This document shows positions 38,281 through 48,730 of a stretch of DNA of 64,000 nt, one piece after another. Where the stretch lies: assembly GCF_000143415.4 (NCBI RefSeq), contig NW_003314309.1, forward strand, positions 918,641-982,640. Reading direction: 5' to 3'. Source of the stretch: Selaginella moellendorffii (lineage: Eukaryota; Plantae; Lycopodiophyta). The notes under the pieces are model-generated. The model was not told the DNA's origin. It was given only the letters and a program-made list of their open reading frames with translations, and ran no database searches. The first letter of the stretch is position 1; the number at the start of each line of letters is the position of its first letter. The position numbers and the translations under genes were made by a program.

Positions 38281-38969
38281 ATCAATCACAAGAATCCATT
38301 GCACAAAGGTTTGCCCCTTTTGCACCTCCAGGCTTCTAGTCTGATAATGAAGGAAGATTTTTGTGAAAACAAACGTTACTAAAAACGTGGCTTCACAAGC
38401 AATATTACTACGCTATAGTACATATTAAACAGATTGCTATTGGAATGAATGATTTATTTTTTTAATGGTTGGTATAAAAATAACACAATATATCTAGATA
38501 ATAAAATAGAAATCATCATCCTCAAGCTACAAGCTCTAGCCTGATGGTGTGGAGGTGAAGATTGTTAGTCATAGGTGATCAGCTATTTAGCCCATAGCAG
38601 CTATGGCTCACAATGGAGCTTTGAGAGGAACGTGCTTGTTGCCAATAAGGTTCTAGAAGCATAGTGGATATAATGATGTTGAGCTCTTTTATACCTGGCG
38701 ATGAGTATCTATACCGAGAAGATCTTACTTCTTTGACTTTAGATTTTTAGCATAGGTGGCCAAATTGAATGTGAGTTGTAAGCTCTTGAATGTGATGGAA
38801 GTCAATCATTCCAATATTATTTAAACCCAAGGCCATAGTATCCCAAAACCACTAAATTCAAACTATATCCCCAGCACATGGTAATGAAATAAAATATCTT
38901 TTAAAAATTAAAGATCATAAACAATTATATCCTGTAGACGTGCCTGTTACTGCAACAAAAGTTCATTGT

Positions 38970-41290
38970 TCATTGTTCTTCCCTAAACGGTTGATGAACC
39001 TCAAACATTCTGAAGCAGTGGGCCCCGCCTTTGCATTCTTGCTGAGACACAACTTTCTGAATTCTGACAAGCCTGACATTATAGTAGTAGTAACATAAAA
39101 ATTCAAAAGCCCATATATCAACATTGCAATCGTGCTTTCCATCTATCTCAGGCGTATGAAGGGATGGCTCTAAATAACAATCTCCATCACTGGGACTCAT
39201 TGCCGCGTCATCAAAATCCGCTATCCACCAAATAAGAGCATTCATGTTGCCCACTTCAGATCCCTGTGCATGATGCTCCTGCTATGGAGCCAGACCAAGG
39301 CCTGCAGAATACAAGCAAGACAATCTTTCCTTGAGCGCGGCATCACATCATGCTCACGTTGAAAGACAATGTGGCGCTTTTCCTGGTTCGCATATAAAGC
39401 CTTCTCAACGAATGGTCAAAGCATACATGCGACACGCACTCGTTGCCTTGATATCATTCGGGCACGTCTTCACCATTTTGTCCAGGTAGAATTCCAAAGT
39501 TTTCCCACTCGGTCGAGTCATGCTCCAAGCACACTCGAACTCGAAAGTTGACAGATTCGTTCCAGCTTGTAGACAAGCTGTGCGACCTTCAGGCAAGCGA
39601 CCTTCTGCAGTCCTTATATCAAACGTTTGTAGATCCAGCCGGTGTGTCGCTCCATCCTCTTGATAGAGGACACAGAACGTAACCAGAATATGCTCTGGCA
39701 TAGTACGCAGGGAATAGAAGCACCGTAAGGCCAGCCATGGTTATCCACCAGTTCATCTGCAGGATCTCCTGGTGTATCCTCTTCCCCCGTCTCCTCGCCC
39801 TTGAATAGGACGTAGCCATTGCCAAATGCGTAAACAGCATCTGGCCTCAACAATCTCTCCGAGTTCTTGTTCCTCAAGTAAACGACTATCTCCCCATAAA
39901 AGAAACGCACTGGTTCTGTGATAAGTGCATCGTATGAGTAATGGAATGCATTCTCTGTACCCGGGGCAGGAACGTCGGCAGACACGTCGTTGAGAATGTT
40001 GCATACAAACTTGCTCATACGAGTGGCCAAGCCAGTCACCCCTGTTCAAGGGCAGCTGCTTGTAGACGTTCTCAGGAACAGGGAACCTCAAGTGTTCCGG
40101 AAAAGGCTGGAAATAGAAGTTCCGCTAACCATCCAGATCCGGCAGGGCTATGAGAGACTTACGAAGCTCATCCCTCGGAGAAAGTATAGGCAGTTCTGCA
40201 GTAAAAAGTTAAGGGATAATGCAAAAGTTAAGGGACTCAAAACTCACCGGCCTCGTCAGGTCCTGCGTAGCGATGAAAACAATTCCAAACAAGCAACCGA
40301 CCTTTACCCTTGAAGTTAAGGGTGATTTTTTAGGTATTTTAAGCTTTAAGCTAATTATTAATACTTACCGTTAAATTTAGGTAGTTTATATTAAGGAGGA
40401 TCAATTCGCACATATTTCTCATATATTTACCTTTACCGTAAAATTTTAGAAAGTAAGTTAAGTGAGTTAACTTGCCATTTTTCCCTTAAGAGATTGCTGC
40501 GTGGTGAGTGGGCCACCCTGTATCCAGAGCTCTGGATAAGGGATTTCTTGCTGGATCTGGCATTTAGCGCTTCCATCGCTCACTGGATCTGCCTTTGGTT
40601 CTCTATCGTGGCTCCACTCTGGCACCTAAATCCTCTTGTGATGACCAATGATCCATGGAGGATCTTGGCACTGTGCCGTGTGCTGCAAGAAATTCTGGGA
40701 GACACTGCCAACCAGAATCCCACACGAATTATGAGGTTTCGGAGCCTTTGAAATGGGAGCTGGGAGGGAAGGCGATTCAACAAGGGTTTTAGACATTAAA
40801 TGTTAAATATATTGCAAATCAAACCACATTAAGGTAAACCCTTATGTTAAGCAAAGGGTTAGCTTAAGTATAGTAATTTAAAGGCATTGGTGCGAGAAAG
40901 GCACCCATTCATGAGCTAGCCTTATCCAGAAAAAAGAATAGCGTGCTCACAACGAACGCAAACAATGAACGCAAACCATGCTTACCGAGCGTGGGAGCTG
41001 TAACAGAAAAGGCTTTGTCAGTGGCATTAAACACAGCCTACAAATTTATCCATAGGATTCAAAGACAAAGACAGCCACAACATACCCGACGGAGTAACCA
41101 GGAACAGAAGCGTTAGTAGAAAGTATCTGTAACTTTGTAGATGTAACAACCGGCATCTCTCTTTAAGAACTATACTTCCATCGGCAAACCAACTTCATAC
41201 GCCTTCTCGATAACTTGTAGCACCTGCGCCTTTGGCCTTGGAGGCAATTTTACCTTCAATTCCTGAAGGAGAGCCTTGCCAACCAACATA
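38970..41290 (-). pseudogene. CRN-like gene copy 3 (nuclease fold plus kinase), more diverged and frameshifted
   Basis: FHYSYDALITEPVRFFYG...LLRPDAVYAFGNGYVLFKGEETG...PADELVDNHGWPYG; IMHRDLKW, WWIADFDDAA, HTPEIDGKHDCNVDIW; upstream similarity to 19320-19700 at 40900-41150. Confidence 0.72.
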
Positions 41291-41654
41291 CTCTTCACTC
41301 ATCGTGTTTGGATGAATTCTGCTGCGCTCTTTATCTATATCTATAGATGGGCTCTGTCCCAAAAGATGAGAAGGCCAGCCTTGAGCCTTAACTACTTCAA
41401 GTTTGTGGATTGGGCTATGGTCTTGCAGGCGTTACATTCATATGGTAACATGAGCATTGCCTTAAATGGTGGCTGGATATTGATATTCTTTTGATTAACT
41501 TCTGCAAATTCAAACCATAATGGTTGTTATATATAAGTCCAACCTATTGATTCCACTCTCCAATATAGTTACGCAATGAAAAGGATCAGGGAAGACACCT
41601 GAACTTAGTTCATTACGTGATGCCTATAACATGACTATTCAAGGGAGATCCTCA

Positions 41655-41730
41655 TGTGCTTGATGCATGCAACAAGATCTTGGCCAGCCTTGATTCCCGT
41701 GCACCAGTCACTGTAGTCTTTGCTTGTGGA
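41655..41730 (-). pseudogene. Short polyamine oxidase 3' exon fragment
   Basis: gtgcttgatgcatgcaacaagatcttggccagccttgattcccgt matches about 28954-28998 of the PAO gene in the same orientation. Confidence 0.65.
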
Positions 41731-42432
41731 TGATTGGAAAACTTACAAAGATAATATCTGTAGTTTTGTTTTATATACTTTTAATACTAGAGAAAAATAT
41801 ATAAAGTGTTTAAAATCCACATGTATACATCAACAGCCTGCTTAGAGGTTTCATTTATCTCCTGGGACAACTAGATTTGCTAATAGTTATCAATTCTTCT
41901 ACACAGAATTGCTCCATTTTGTATACATTGGTGTTACCACCTTTATCATTCTATTTAGTGGGATAGAATTAAAGCTGGCTGAAGATGGAGTGTTTCATTT
42001 CTAAATTCAAACAGCTCTAAATATCCCAAAAATTGTTAGAATCATTAAGTATTGAACTGGAAATGCTTGGTTTTCTTTATTCAAAATATTAATAATATCT
42101 TGAATATTTTTTTGTTAAGTTAAATATTAATAACACAAGTCTATAGATAATAGCATTATAGTATTTGTATTCTTTAATTAAATAATAATTATAAATAAAG
42201 TGAGAATTATTAGCAGAATTTTTATCAATTAATCCAAGATCATCTCCATAATTTGCTTTAGCTGTGACAACTTTGTGTAAAGCATTTTTCCAATTATTAT
42301 TTTGGTCATCATGCAATGGCGTTGTAGCATTGTTGTTGTAGAAAATGGATACAGTACTATGAGAGAAAGAGATGGCCTCTAGAAGGGAAATCCCTCCAGA
42401 AACTTTGGAAGTGAAAACTTCTCGCGACCACA

Positions 42433-42506
42433 CGACCACAGAGGGATTCGAACCCTCGACCTTCAGATCCGAAGTCTGACGCGCTAATCCACTGCGCTAT
42501 GCAGCC
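42433..42506 (-). tRNA. tRNA-Arg (anticodon TCG), second copy
   Basis: Identical to 25894-25967 except C4 to T in the acceptor stem. Confidence 0.9.
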
Positions 42507-42549
42507 AATTACACGCTTAGCAAAAGGATTAGTTTTGGATATTTAACGA

Positions 42550-42920
42550 TCAAGAAATAGCGTTCCAAAATCCAGGGACGCAAATCGTCCTTTGGCGATC
42601 GCTCTTCGCAAAAATCTCTCCAGATTCTAGTTGCTCGTGATACCAGAATTCTTCAACATCGGATTGCTGCCCACCAAGTAATGCCCCATGAAAGACAATC
42701 CCGCATGGTTGAGCATCTTCACATACGGAGCAGCGATTTGAGGATGCTAATGGAGTAGAAAAATGCTAATCCTGCCCACGAATCGACGCAGTCTCAGCTT
42801 CCTGGCGACTCTCACTCGCCACAATCGCTGCTTGATGGGCGTGTTGGGATCGATCAGCCGCACTGTTCTTCGCTTGCTAGCTCCACCTGGAGAAGAACCT
42901 CGTCTTGGACAGTCCCATGA
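42550..42920 (-). pseudogene. Decayed copy of the 25351-25830 gene
   Basis: Reverse-complement similarity (agcaagcgaagaacagtgcggctgatcgatcccaac...) with deletions and frameshifts. Confidence 0.8.
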
Positions 42921-42964
42921 TTATGCCCCTCCAAAGAACGTCCATTGTTTCCATATACTTCTTC

Positions 42965-43098
42965 CCACGTATACTTTATGATCACGTACATATAAAATGT
43001 ATATGTATTTTGAAAACACACTTCTTATCACGTATACTTTGTGATCGCGCACATTATATGTGGTGGAAACACCCGTATACTTTGTGATCACGTACTTC
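42965..43098. repeat. Three spaced copies of an approximately 24-bp motif
   Basis: cgtatacttt(a/g)tgatc(a/g)cg(t/c)ac at about 42968, 43031 and 43074. Confidence 0.6.
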
Positions 43099-43158
43099 TC
43101 AGACTCATATATATATCATGTATAGGAAACATACGTTTTTCACACTGATCGAATCGAA

Positions 43159-44976
43159 TCACCAGTAGTCTCCACACGAGCACCACCCGTCTCTAAAGTG
43201 GTGGAATCGGTACGGATCGCGCAGAACAATCTCCCTCCCGGTGATCCTGGATATGAACTTGCTCGCGGTGTGACAATCCGTACACACCCGCAAGTTCTTG
43301 ATCACGTAGAGGGTCTTCCCGGCCGGGGTCGCGACGCTGCCAAACGCGATGGCCAGCTTCTCGCTGTGGTACCACAGCATCTGTTCCTTCTCCTCTTCCT
43401 CGCCATCTCGCAACGCCGAGCTCCTGTCCTGGATGTATCCCAGAGCTTTCATCCGCGATCCCAACCTCGATAGCTCCTGGTAAATCTCCTCCCGTCGAGG
43501 ATGAGCTCTGTCCCCGGCCACAAACTCGTGAATCTTATCGCCGACTTCAATGCTGCTTCTTCCACTCGGCTTCTTCACGCCCCTGTCCGCCATGAGTTTC
43601 CGGATCCTCGCGACGTCGTTCCAGCGGTCCCTCGCAGCGTAGATGTTGGAGAGCAGCACGTACGGGGCTGAGTACTCCGGCTCCATCTCGAAGAGCCTCT
43701 CGGCACAAAGCTCGCCGAGCTCCACATTGGAGTGAGCTCTACACGCGCTCAGCATCGTCGTCCAGGCCAACGAGTCCGGCTCCAAAGGCATCGAGTGGAG
43801 AATGTTCCAGGCCTGGTCAAGGTTCCCGCTGCGGCCGAGGAGATCTATCATGCATCGGTAGTGCTGAGAACTCGGCTGGATCCCAAACACCGTCTCCATG
43901 GATCCGAAGTAGCTACGGCCCCTCTCGATCAGCCTTGCATGGCTGCAAGCGCACAGGACGTGCACGAAAGTGATCGCGTTCGGTCCCGCGTTGTTGGTTG
44001 CCTCCTTCATCCTCTCGAAAACTTCTAAGGACTTCTCTCCTTGCCCGTTCTGAGCGTAAGCCGCGATCATCGAGTTCCACAGCGCAACATCCCTGTCCGG
44101 GAACGCCTCGAAAACCTGCCTTGCTTCGTCAACGCTGCCACACTTCCCATACATGTTGATCACTGCGCACCTTACGACACGGTCCCGCAAGAAGCCCGCC
44201 CTGTCAACCAGCCCGTGGAGCTCCCTGCCTTTGGAAATCCCAGCCATGCTCGAGCACGCGTCCAGCAAGCTCACGTACGTGCTCTTGTTGGGAGAGACCT
44301 TCTCCGCCGCCATCCTTGCAAAAAGCTTGAAAGCCTTCCTGCAATGCCCGTTTTGAGCATACGCCGCCACCATCGCGTTCCAGGCCACCACGTCCCTGTT
44401 CGTCATCCTCTCAAACACCGACTTGGCATCGTCCACGCTCCCACACTTCCCGTACATGTTGAGCACGGCAGTGCACAGAACAACGTCGGAATCCAGGAAA
44501 TCACGGACTCGGTCATGGAGTCTTCTCCCAGTGGAAAGATCGCCCAAGCTGGAGCATGCGTCCAAAACAGCGACAAAAGTTATCTTGTCGGCTTTAGCGC
44601 CCTCCAAATCCATCCTGTGCATCATCCGGACGGCTTCCCTGTAGCACCCGTTCTGGGCATATGCAGCGATCATCATCGTCCACGAATAGACGTTCCTGGC
44701 TTGCATGCTCTCGAACACTGCTCTTGCATCTTCGACGCTGCCACACTTCCCGTACATCTCTACCAGAAGATTGCCGAAATATCTGTCCCTGTGGTACCTC
44801 GTCCGGACAAGATAAGCGTGGACTCGTTTGCCTTCGGCCAGAGCTTTGAAATCGCCGCACTGCCTCAGCAACCCCGGCACTGCCTCCGGCTTCACGTCAA
44901 GACCCCTCTGCCTCTCCAGTTCATCTATGCCTTCCAAGAGCTTTGGACAACACTGGAGTCCAGTTGAAGTCCCCAT
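43159..44976 (-). CDS. PLS-class PPR-E-DYW C-to-U RNA-editing factor
   Basis: 605-aa intronless ORF; PLS repeats, E domains, intact DYW deaminase [10 protein letters not shown]...KNLRVCTDCH...HHFRDGWCSCGDYW. Confidence 0.96.
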   Translation of the reverse strand: MGTSTGLQCCPKLLEGIDELERQRGLDVKPEAVPGLLRQCGDFKALAEGKRVHAYLVRTRYHRDRYFGNLLVEMYGKCGSVEDARAVFESMQARNVYSWTMMIAAYAQNGCYREAVRMMHRMDLEGAKADKITFVAVLDACSSLGDLSTGRRLHDRVRDFLDSDVVLCTAVLNMYGKCGSVDDAKSVFERMTNRDVVAWNAMVAAYAQNGHCRKAFKLFARMAAEKVSPNKSTYVSLLDACSSMAGISKGRELHGLVDRAGFLRDRVVRCAVINMYGKCGSVDEARQVFEAFPDRDVALWNSMIAAYAQNGQGEKSLEVFERMKEATNNAGPNAITFVHVLCACSHARLIERGRSYFGSMETVFGIQPSSQHYRCMIDLLGRSGNLDQAWNILHSMPLEPDSLAWTTMLSACRAHSNVELGELCAERLFEMEPEYSAPYVLLSNIYAARDRWNDVARIRKLMADRGVKKPSGRSSIEVGDKIHEFVAGDRAHPRREEIYQELSRLGSRMKALGYIQDRSSALRDGEEEEKEQMLWYHSEKLAIAFGSVATPAGKTLYVIKNLRVCTDCHTASKFISRITGREIVLRDPYRFHHFRDGWCSCGDYW

Positions 44977-44991
44977 GCCAGCGCGCTGCTT

Positions 44992-47200
44992 TCAAACCTT
45001 TGCTGGAGACTTTTCTGACCGTAACCATAGCCTTCGCTTGCACCCGAAGCAGGAGAACAAGATGACCAACACCCCGAGAAAGGATAAGAACGTGAACTTG
45101 GAATGGTATAAGAGTAGCGCCATCGTATCACTGTCGTTGTGCGTTGTCATGAGCCGCATTAGTTTGTGCTGCTGGCCAACTCCACCTATAGGGTCCAATA
45201 TAAAATCGAGTGCTGTAGACTCGCCATTCGGTGACAAAACATGTACCGAACGGCTTCTATGCCCATCCATGCTTGCAGTTACTGTGAATCCATGCTAAAG
45301 CTTAGATTTCGCCAGAAGAATTTTTTTTACCTTTGTATGCCTTCCCGGGAGGAAGTAGCCTGTGATAGTTGCCGAACTGTGAAGTTGCTTTAATCTGACA
45401 CACAGAAGTTCATTGTCAATCAAAAGTTGCCTGAAACTACTGACGTACTGTTTGATTGAAGCCATCAACTTGGATAGTCGCAGCCAGGGGAAGCCCACTT
45501 GCAGATGAGAAGACTTTCCCATGCACACCACTCTGACGAAAGAACTACAATCATTTCGGGCTTCTTAAGATCAATAAAAATTTACCTTGAATGTACTTGA
45601 AACAAGCTCGAGCATGCTTTGTCGATTCTCTTCCCATATTTGTGCAATCTGAATAACCAACACTCGAGCTGTAAAGACTGGCCCGTTTCGTAAAACTTTA
45701 CGCAAACCTGACTTCCTGGTGGCCATTTGGTGTCGTAAATTTCTAACGTCAGTTCAAGACAGCGAGCATGAATATAATTCCAATCCTGCATCCCTCCGTA
45801 GAGAGGATACCTGAATCCAGATTCAACGCACATAAGGCTTGACCAGAAAACTGCACGTACAAACCATGCTGCGCCATTTGTTATTCCACCAGGAAACTCA
45901 TGGCTTTTAGACATGTTCCGATGGGCTTTGCTGTACACTGAAGCAAGAAAACGAAAGGTAGAGTCGTCAGGAGACTCCGTGTACTTCGAACTGCAAATAA
46001 ACTAGAAAGTCAGACACTTGTTTGGCTCAAACTAACGATGAAAAACCTTTTATCTGCGTTGCCATCCCATGGATAATTTGCTACTAAAGCACCCTGAGAT
46101 GTAAACAAAATTATATATAAATTAAAAAAATGAAAGGTAAAGAAAACGACAGTACCTCATGCAAGCTTGCAGAAGCTACAAAATTATTCTGCCTGAGCCA
46201 TTTCATTACGGCCAGTGTTTCTGGCTGCCTCCTCGCCTCGTTATTATTTTGAGGGAAAAACTGTAGAGGGCTTCTTCAAGTTAGGCGGCAATCAAAGCAC
46301 CTGAGGACGGCCAACACCCTTAGAGCTAACCGTTGGCAGCAAGGGCGATGCACAAATACCTACCTGGTCAGGAAAATCTCGATTCAGGTCTACATTGTTA
46401 GCGTTGTTCCTCGATCGATTCGCAAATCCATCGGGATTCATTGATGGAAGAAGATGAAGGTGCACGTTGTCAATAATACTTGTCGCCTGCGTAGAGATAG
46501 AAGTAGAACGCGTTACAAACTTGTAACTCACTCTCTTACCATGGCATCCCTTTTATAATTCATACACAACCAGTCTGCCAAGCGTATTGTAAGCTCCCGG
46601 CCCACTGGTTCATCTCCGTGCATATTTCCCACGAACTGAAAATGCCGGAGAACTTGGTAAACAGATAAAAGGAAATAAAGAAATTTCACACCTTGAACCC
46701 GGGTTCTGCTTCAGCTTGTCCAGGCATGTCTGAAAGTTCGAGCACCCACTGCACAAAAGAAGAAGAAGAAAAAGTTAAAACGAGAGAACGAAGACAATGG
46801 AAACTTACCAAATCTCTGCCTTGAACAGATGTTCCAATGCTGCAATACAATACAAACTATGTTATCGTTTTCTTTTTCTCTGGCAAAGAGAATGACAAGC
46901 TCTGACCTGTTCAGCCTTGCAATTCTCCCGCAGCGCACGGAGAAATCTTTGAGCCAATCCTCAAGCTCGGTGTTACTCAAATACCTGGAAATCCCACACG
47001 AATTAAGGATCGACAGCAGCAAAAATCTTCTTACTTGTTAGCAAATTTCCCAGATGATACAGCTGAAAGAAAAACTCTGTGAATCAAAGAAAATACAATG
47101 CCGATCAATCGATCGCCTGACCTGTGCTGCCGCCGTGCTCGCGGATCGCCCCAGCTCCCAGCGCCATCGCAATCGCCAGAATGATTGGAAAGAACACCAT
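44992..47200 (-). CDS. SOL1: M14 zinc carboxypeptidase, SOL1/carboxypeptidase D-like, multi-exon
   Basis: Signal MVFFPIILAIAMALGAG; GNMHGDEPVGREL; HLLPSMNPDGF...RNNANNVDLNRDFPDQ; GGITNGAAW|YPLYGGMQDWNY...LELTLEI; C-terminal TM helix and basic tail. Confidence 0.9.
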
Positions 47201-47347
47201 CCCCGCAACGCATTCAAAGATCTAGGGTTTTAACCCTCTCTTAGGTATGCCAAACAATGTCGCCAGAGATCGCTAGCTCGCCAAGGAATCTCGCGGCATT
47301 GCCCGATTTGGCAATAATATTTCTCTTTCGAGATCTAGGGTTTCCTT
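47201..47347. promoter_or_regulatory. Putative compact bidirectional promoter (SOL1 / TMEM161-like)
   Basis: 147 bp between divergent ATGs; telo-box-like CTAGGGTTT at about 47222 and 47335. Confidence 0.5.
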
Positions 47348-48730
47348 ATGTCTCTCTTCAATGCCGGGGTGTACGCCGCGGCGTCGGCGATCACGGTGTT
47401 CTTGGTGTTTGCGGGCAAGATCGCGGCGATCAGCCTCTTCGGATCGCACGCCTACTTGCTCCCGGACGATCCGGCCGACGGGAATCCAGGTTCTAGGGCG
47501 GGCAGTGACGACAACAGGAAATCCTCCAGGAAGAAGAACTCCAGGGAGAAATTCGTGTGGAACGAGGGCGGATCGGAGATCCTGAGGGTCACAATCGGCG
47601 ATTCCTACTTGGAGAACACCAGGTACTATCCAGAGTACGATCGGGCAGTGTTGTATGCTGCGCTGCCTGTGTCGCTCCTCGTTGCTAGAGAGTTTTTCTC
47701 CTTCCAATCTTCTGGATCCGAAAATGGGGGCTCGAGCAGCAGCAGCAGTAGCGATGGATTCATCCCCGTGATCGCCACCACCTTCTGCGTGCTCAAGCTT
47801 CTCCACATTCTCTCCAAAGTTTCTTGGGACAAGCACTCCTCCAGGAACTCGGAGTGGGTTCTAAGCTGCGGTGTCGGGCTCCTGGGATTCATCCTGGCCA
47901 CCATTTTCCTCTTCGTGGTTCCAAGCGAGATCATCGACTTCCGGCTGGAACGGGCAGTGGCTGGAGCTGGAATCGATAAGCGATCATTCACGGCAATTCG
48001 GCTAGCCATAGCTTTTGGAGCGGCATGGCTCACGGGACTCTTCCTCGGGCCGGTTCTCAAGTACGTGAGATCATTCTGGATTGGAACAAACCAGCTTGGA
48101 TGCGATATCTCGGTCATGAAAACCAGCGTTTGGAGCCAGTTTCTCCTCAACCTCGGTATTGTCCTCCCGGTAGTCTCAACGCTACTTTGGTTGAAACCCA
48201 TGGCCGATCTCTTCATCCGGTTGCCCGAGAAGAACTCCATCGACCATGGCAGCACCGGGTGGCAATGGCAACGAAGAAGTCTGTTTGAAGGCAAAGACTG
48301 GGCTGGAAGCGTAGGATTCTCTCCAGAGACCTTCCAGGATCTAAAGTTCGTCGGGATGATCTTAACAGGAGTGATTCAGCTGCTGCTGCTCCGGATCAAC
48401 GTCCAAGCGTATCTCAACTTGGGAGTGCTCGCGTGGTACGAAAGCTTGCACGGTAGCAAGACCCCGGACGCCGCCGCGCTCAAGCACAAGATCTTGGTGG
48501 TAAACCACTTCATGTGCCGGGTAGCAGTCCAGAACTTGGTCCCGGCAGTGCTGCTCATCCTCTTCGCGGGCCTCTCTCGATCGCCATCGCCATCTTCAAA
48601 CTCTCCAGGAGGATTTGGATTCGTGGCACAAGCAGCGCAATTCTTCGCATGGTGGACGCTCCTCTCGTGGTCTTTGCTCACGTCCACAGTGCTAGCCTTG
48701 TTTCGCTTTGGAATGCTCCTCGCGTACTAG
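47348..48730 (+). CDS. TMEM161-like multipass membrane protein, 460 aa, intronless
   Basis: Multiple TM segments; family-like motifs YYPEYD, LLWLKPM, LLRINVQAYLN, QNLVPAVLLI, FFAWW; parent of the fragments at 14-19 kb. Confidence 0.75.
   Translation: MSLFNAGVYAAASAITVFLVFAGKIAAISLFGSHAYLLPDDPADGNPGSRAGSDDNRKSSRKKNSREKFVWNEGGSEILRVTIGDSYLENTRYYPEYDRAVLYAALPVSLLVAREFFSFQSSGSENGGSSSSSSSDGFIPVIATTFCVLKLLHILSKVSWDKHSSRNSEWVLSCGVGLLGFILATIFLFVVPSEIIDFRLERAVAGAGIDKRSFTAIRLAIAFGAAWLTGLFLGPVLKYVRSFWIGTNQLGCDISVMKTSVWSQFLLNLGIVLPVVSTLLWLKPMADLFIRLPEKNSIDHGSTGWQWQRRSLFEGKDWAGSVGFSPETFQDLKFVGMILTGVIQLLLLRINVQAYLNLGVLAWYESLHGSKTPDAAALKHKILVVNHFMCRVAVQNLVPAVLLILFAGLSRSPSPSSNSPGGFGFVAQAAQFFAWWTLLSWSLLTSTVLALFRFGMLLAY

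Noticed and set aside
44041-44967. 308-aa + strand ORF, and similar long antisense ORFs over the other PPR, TMEM161 and HSF genes
   Set aside because: Shadow frames of GC-rich coding sequence
44992-44994. Idea that U-to-C editing converts the SOL1 TGA to CGA
   Set aside because: U-to-C editing is organellar, and this DYW domain is the canonical C-to-U type
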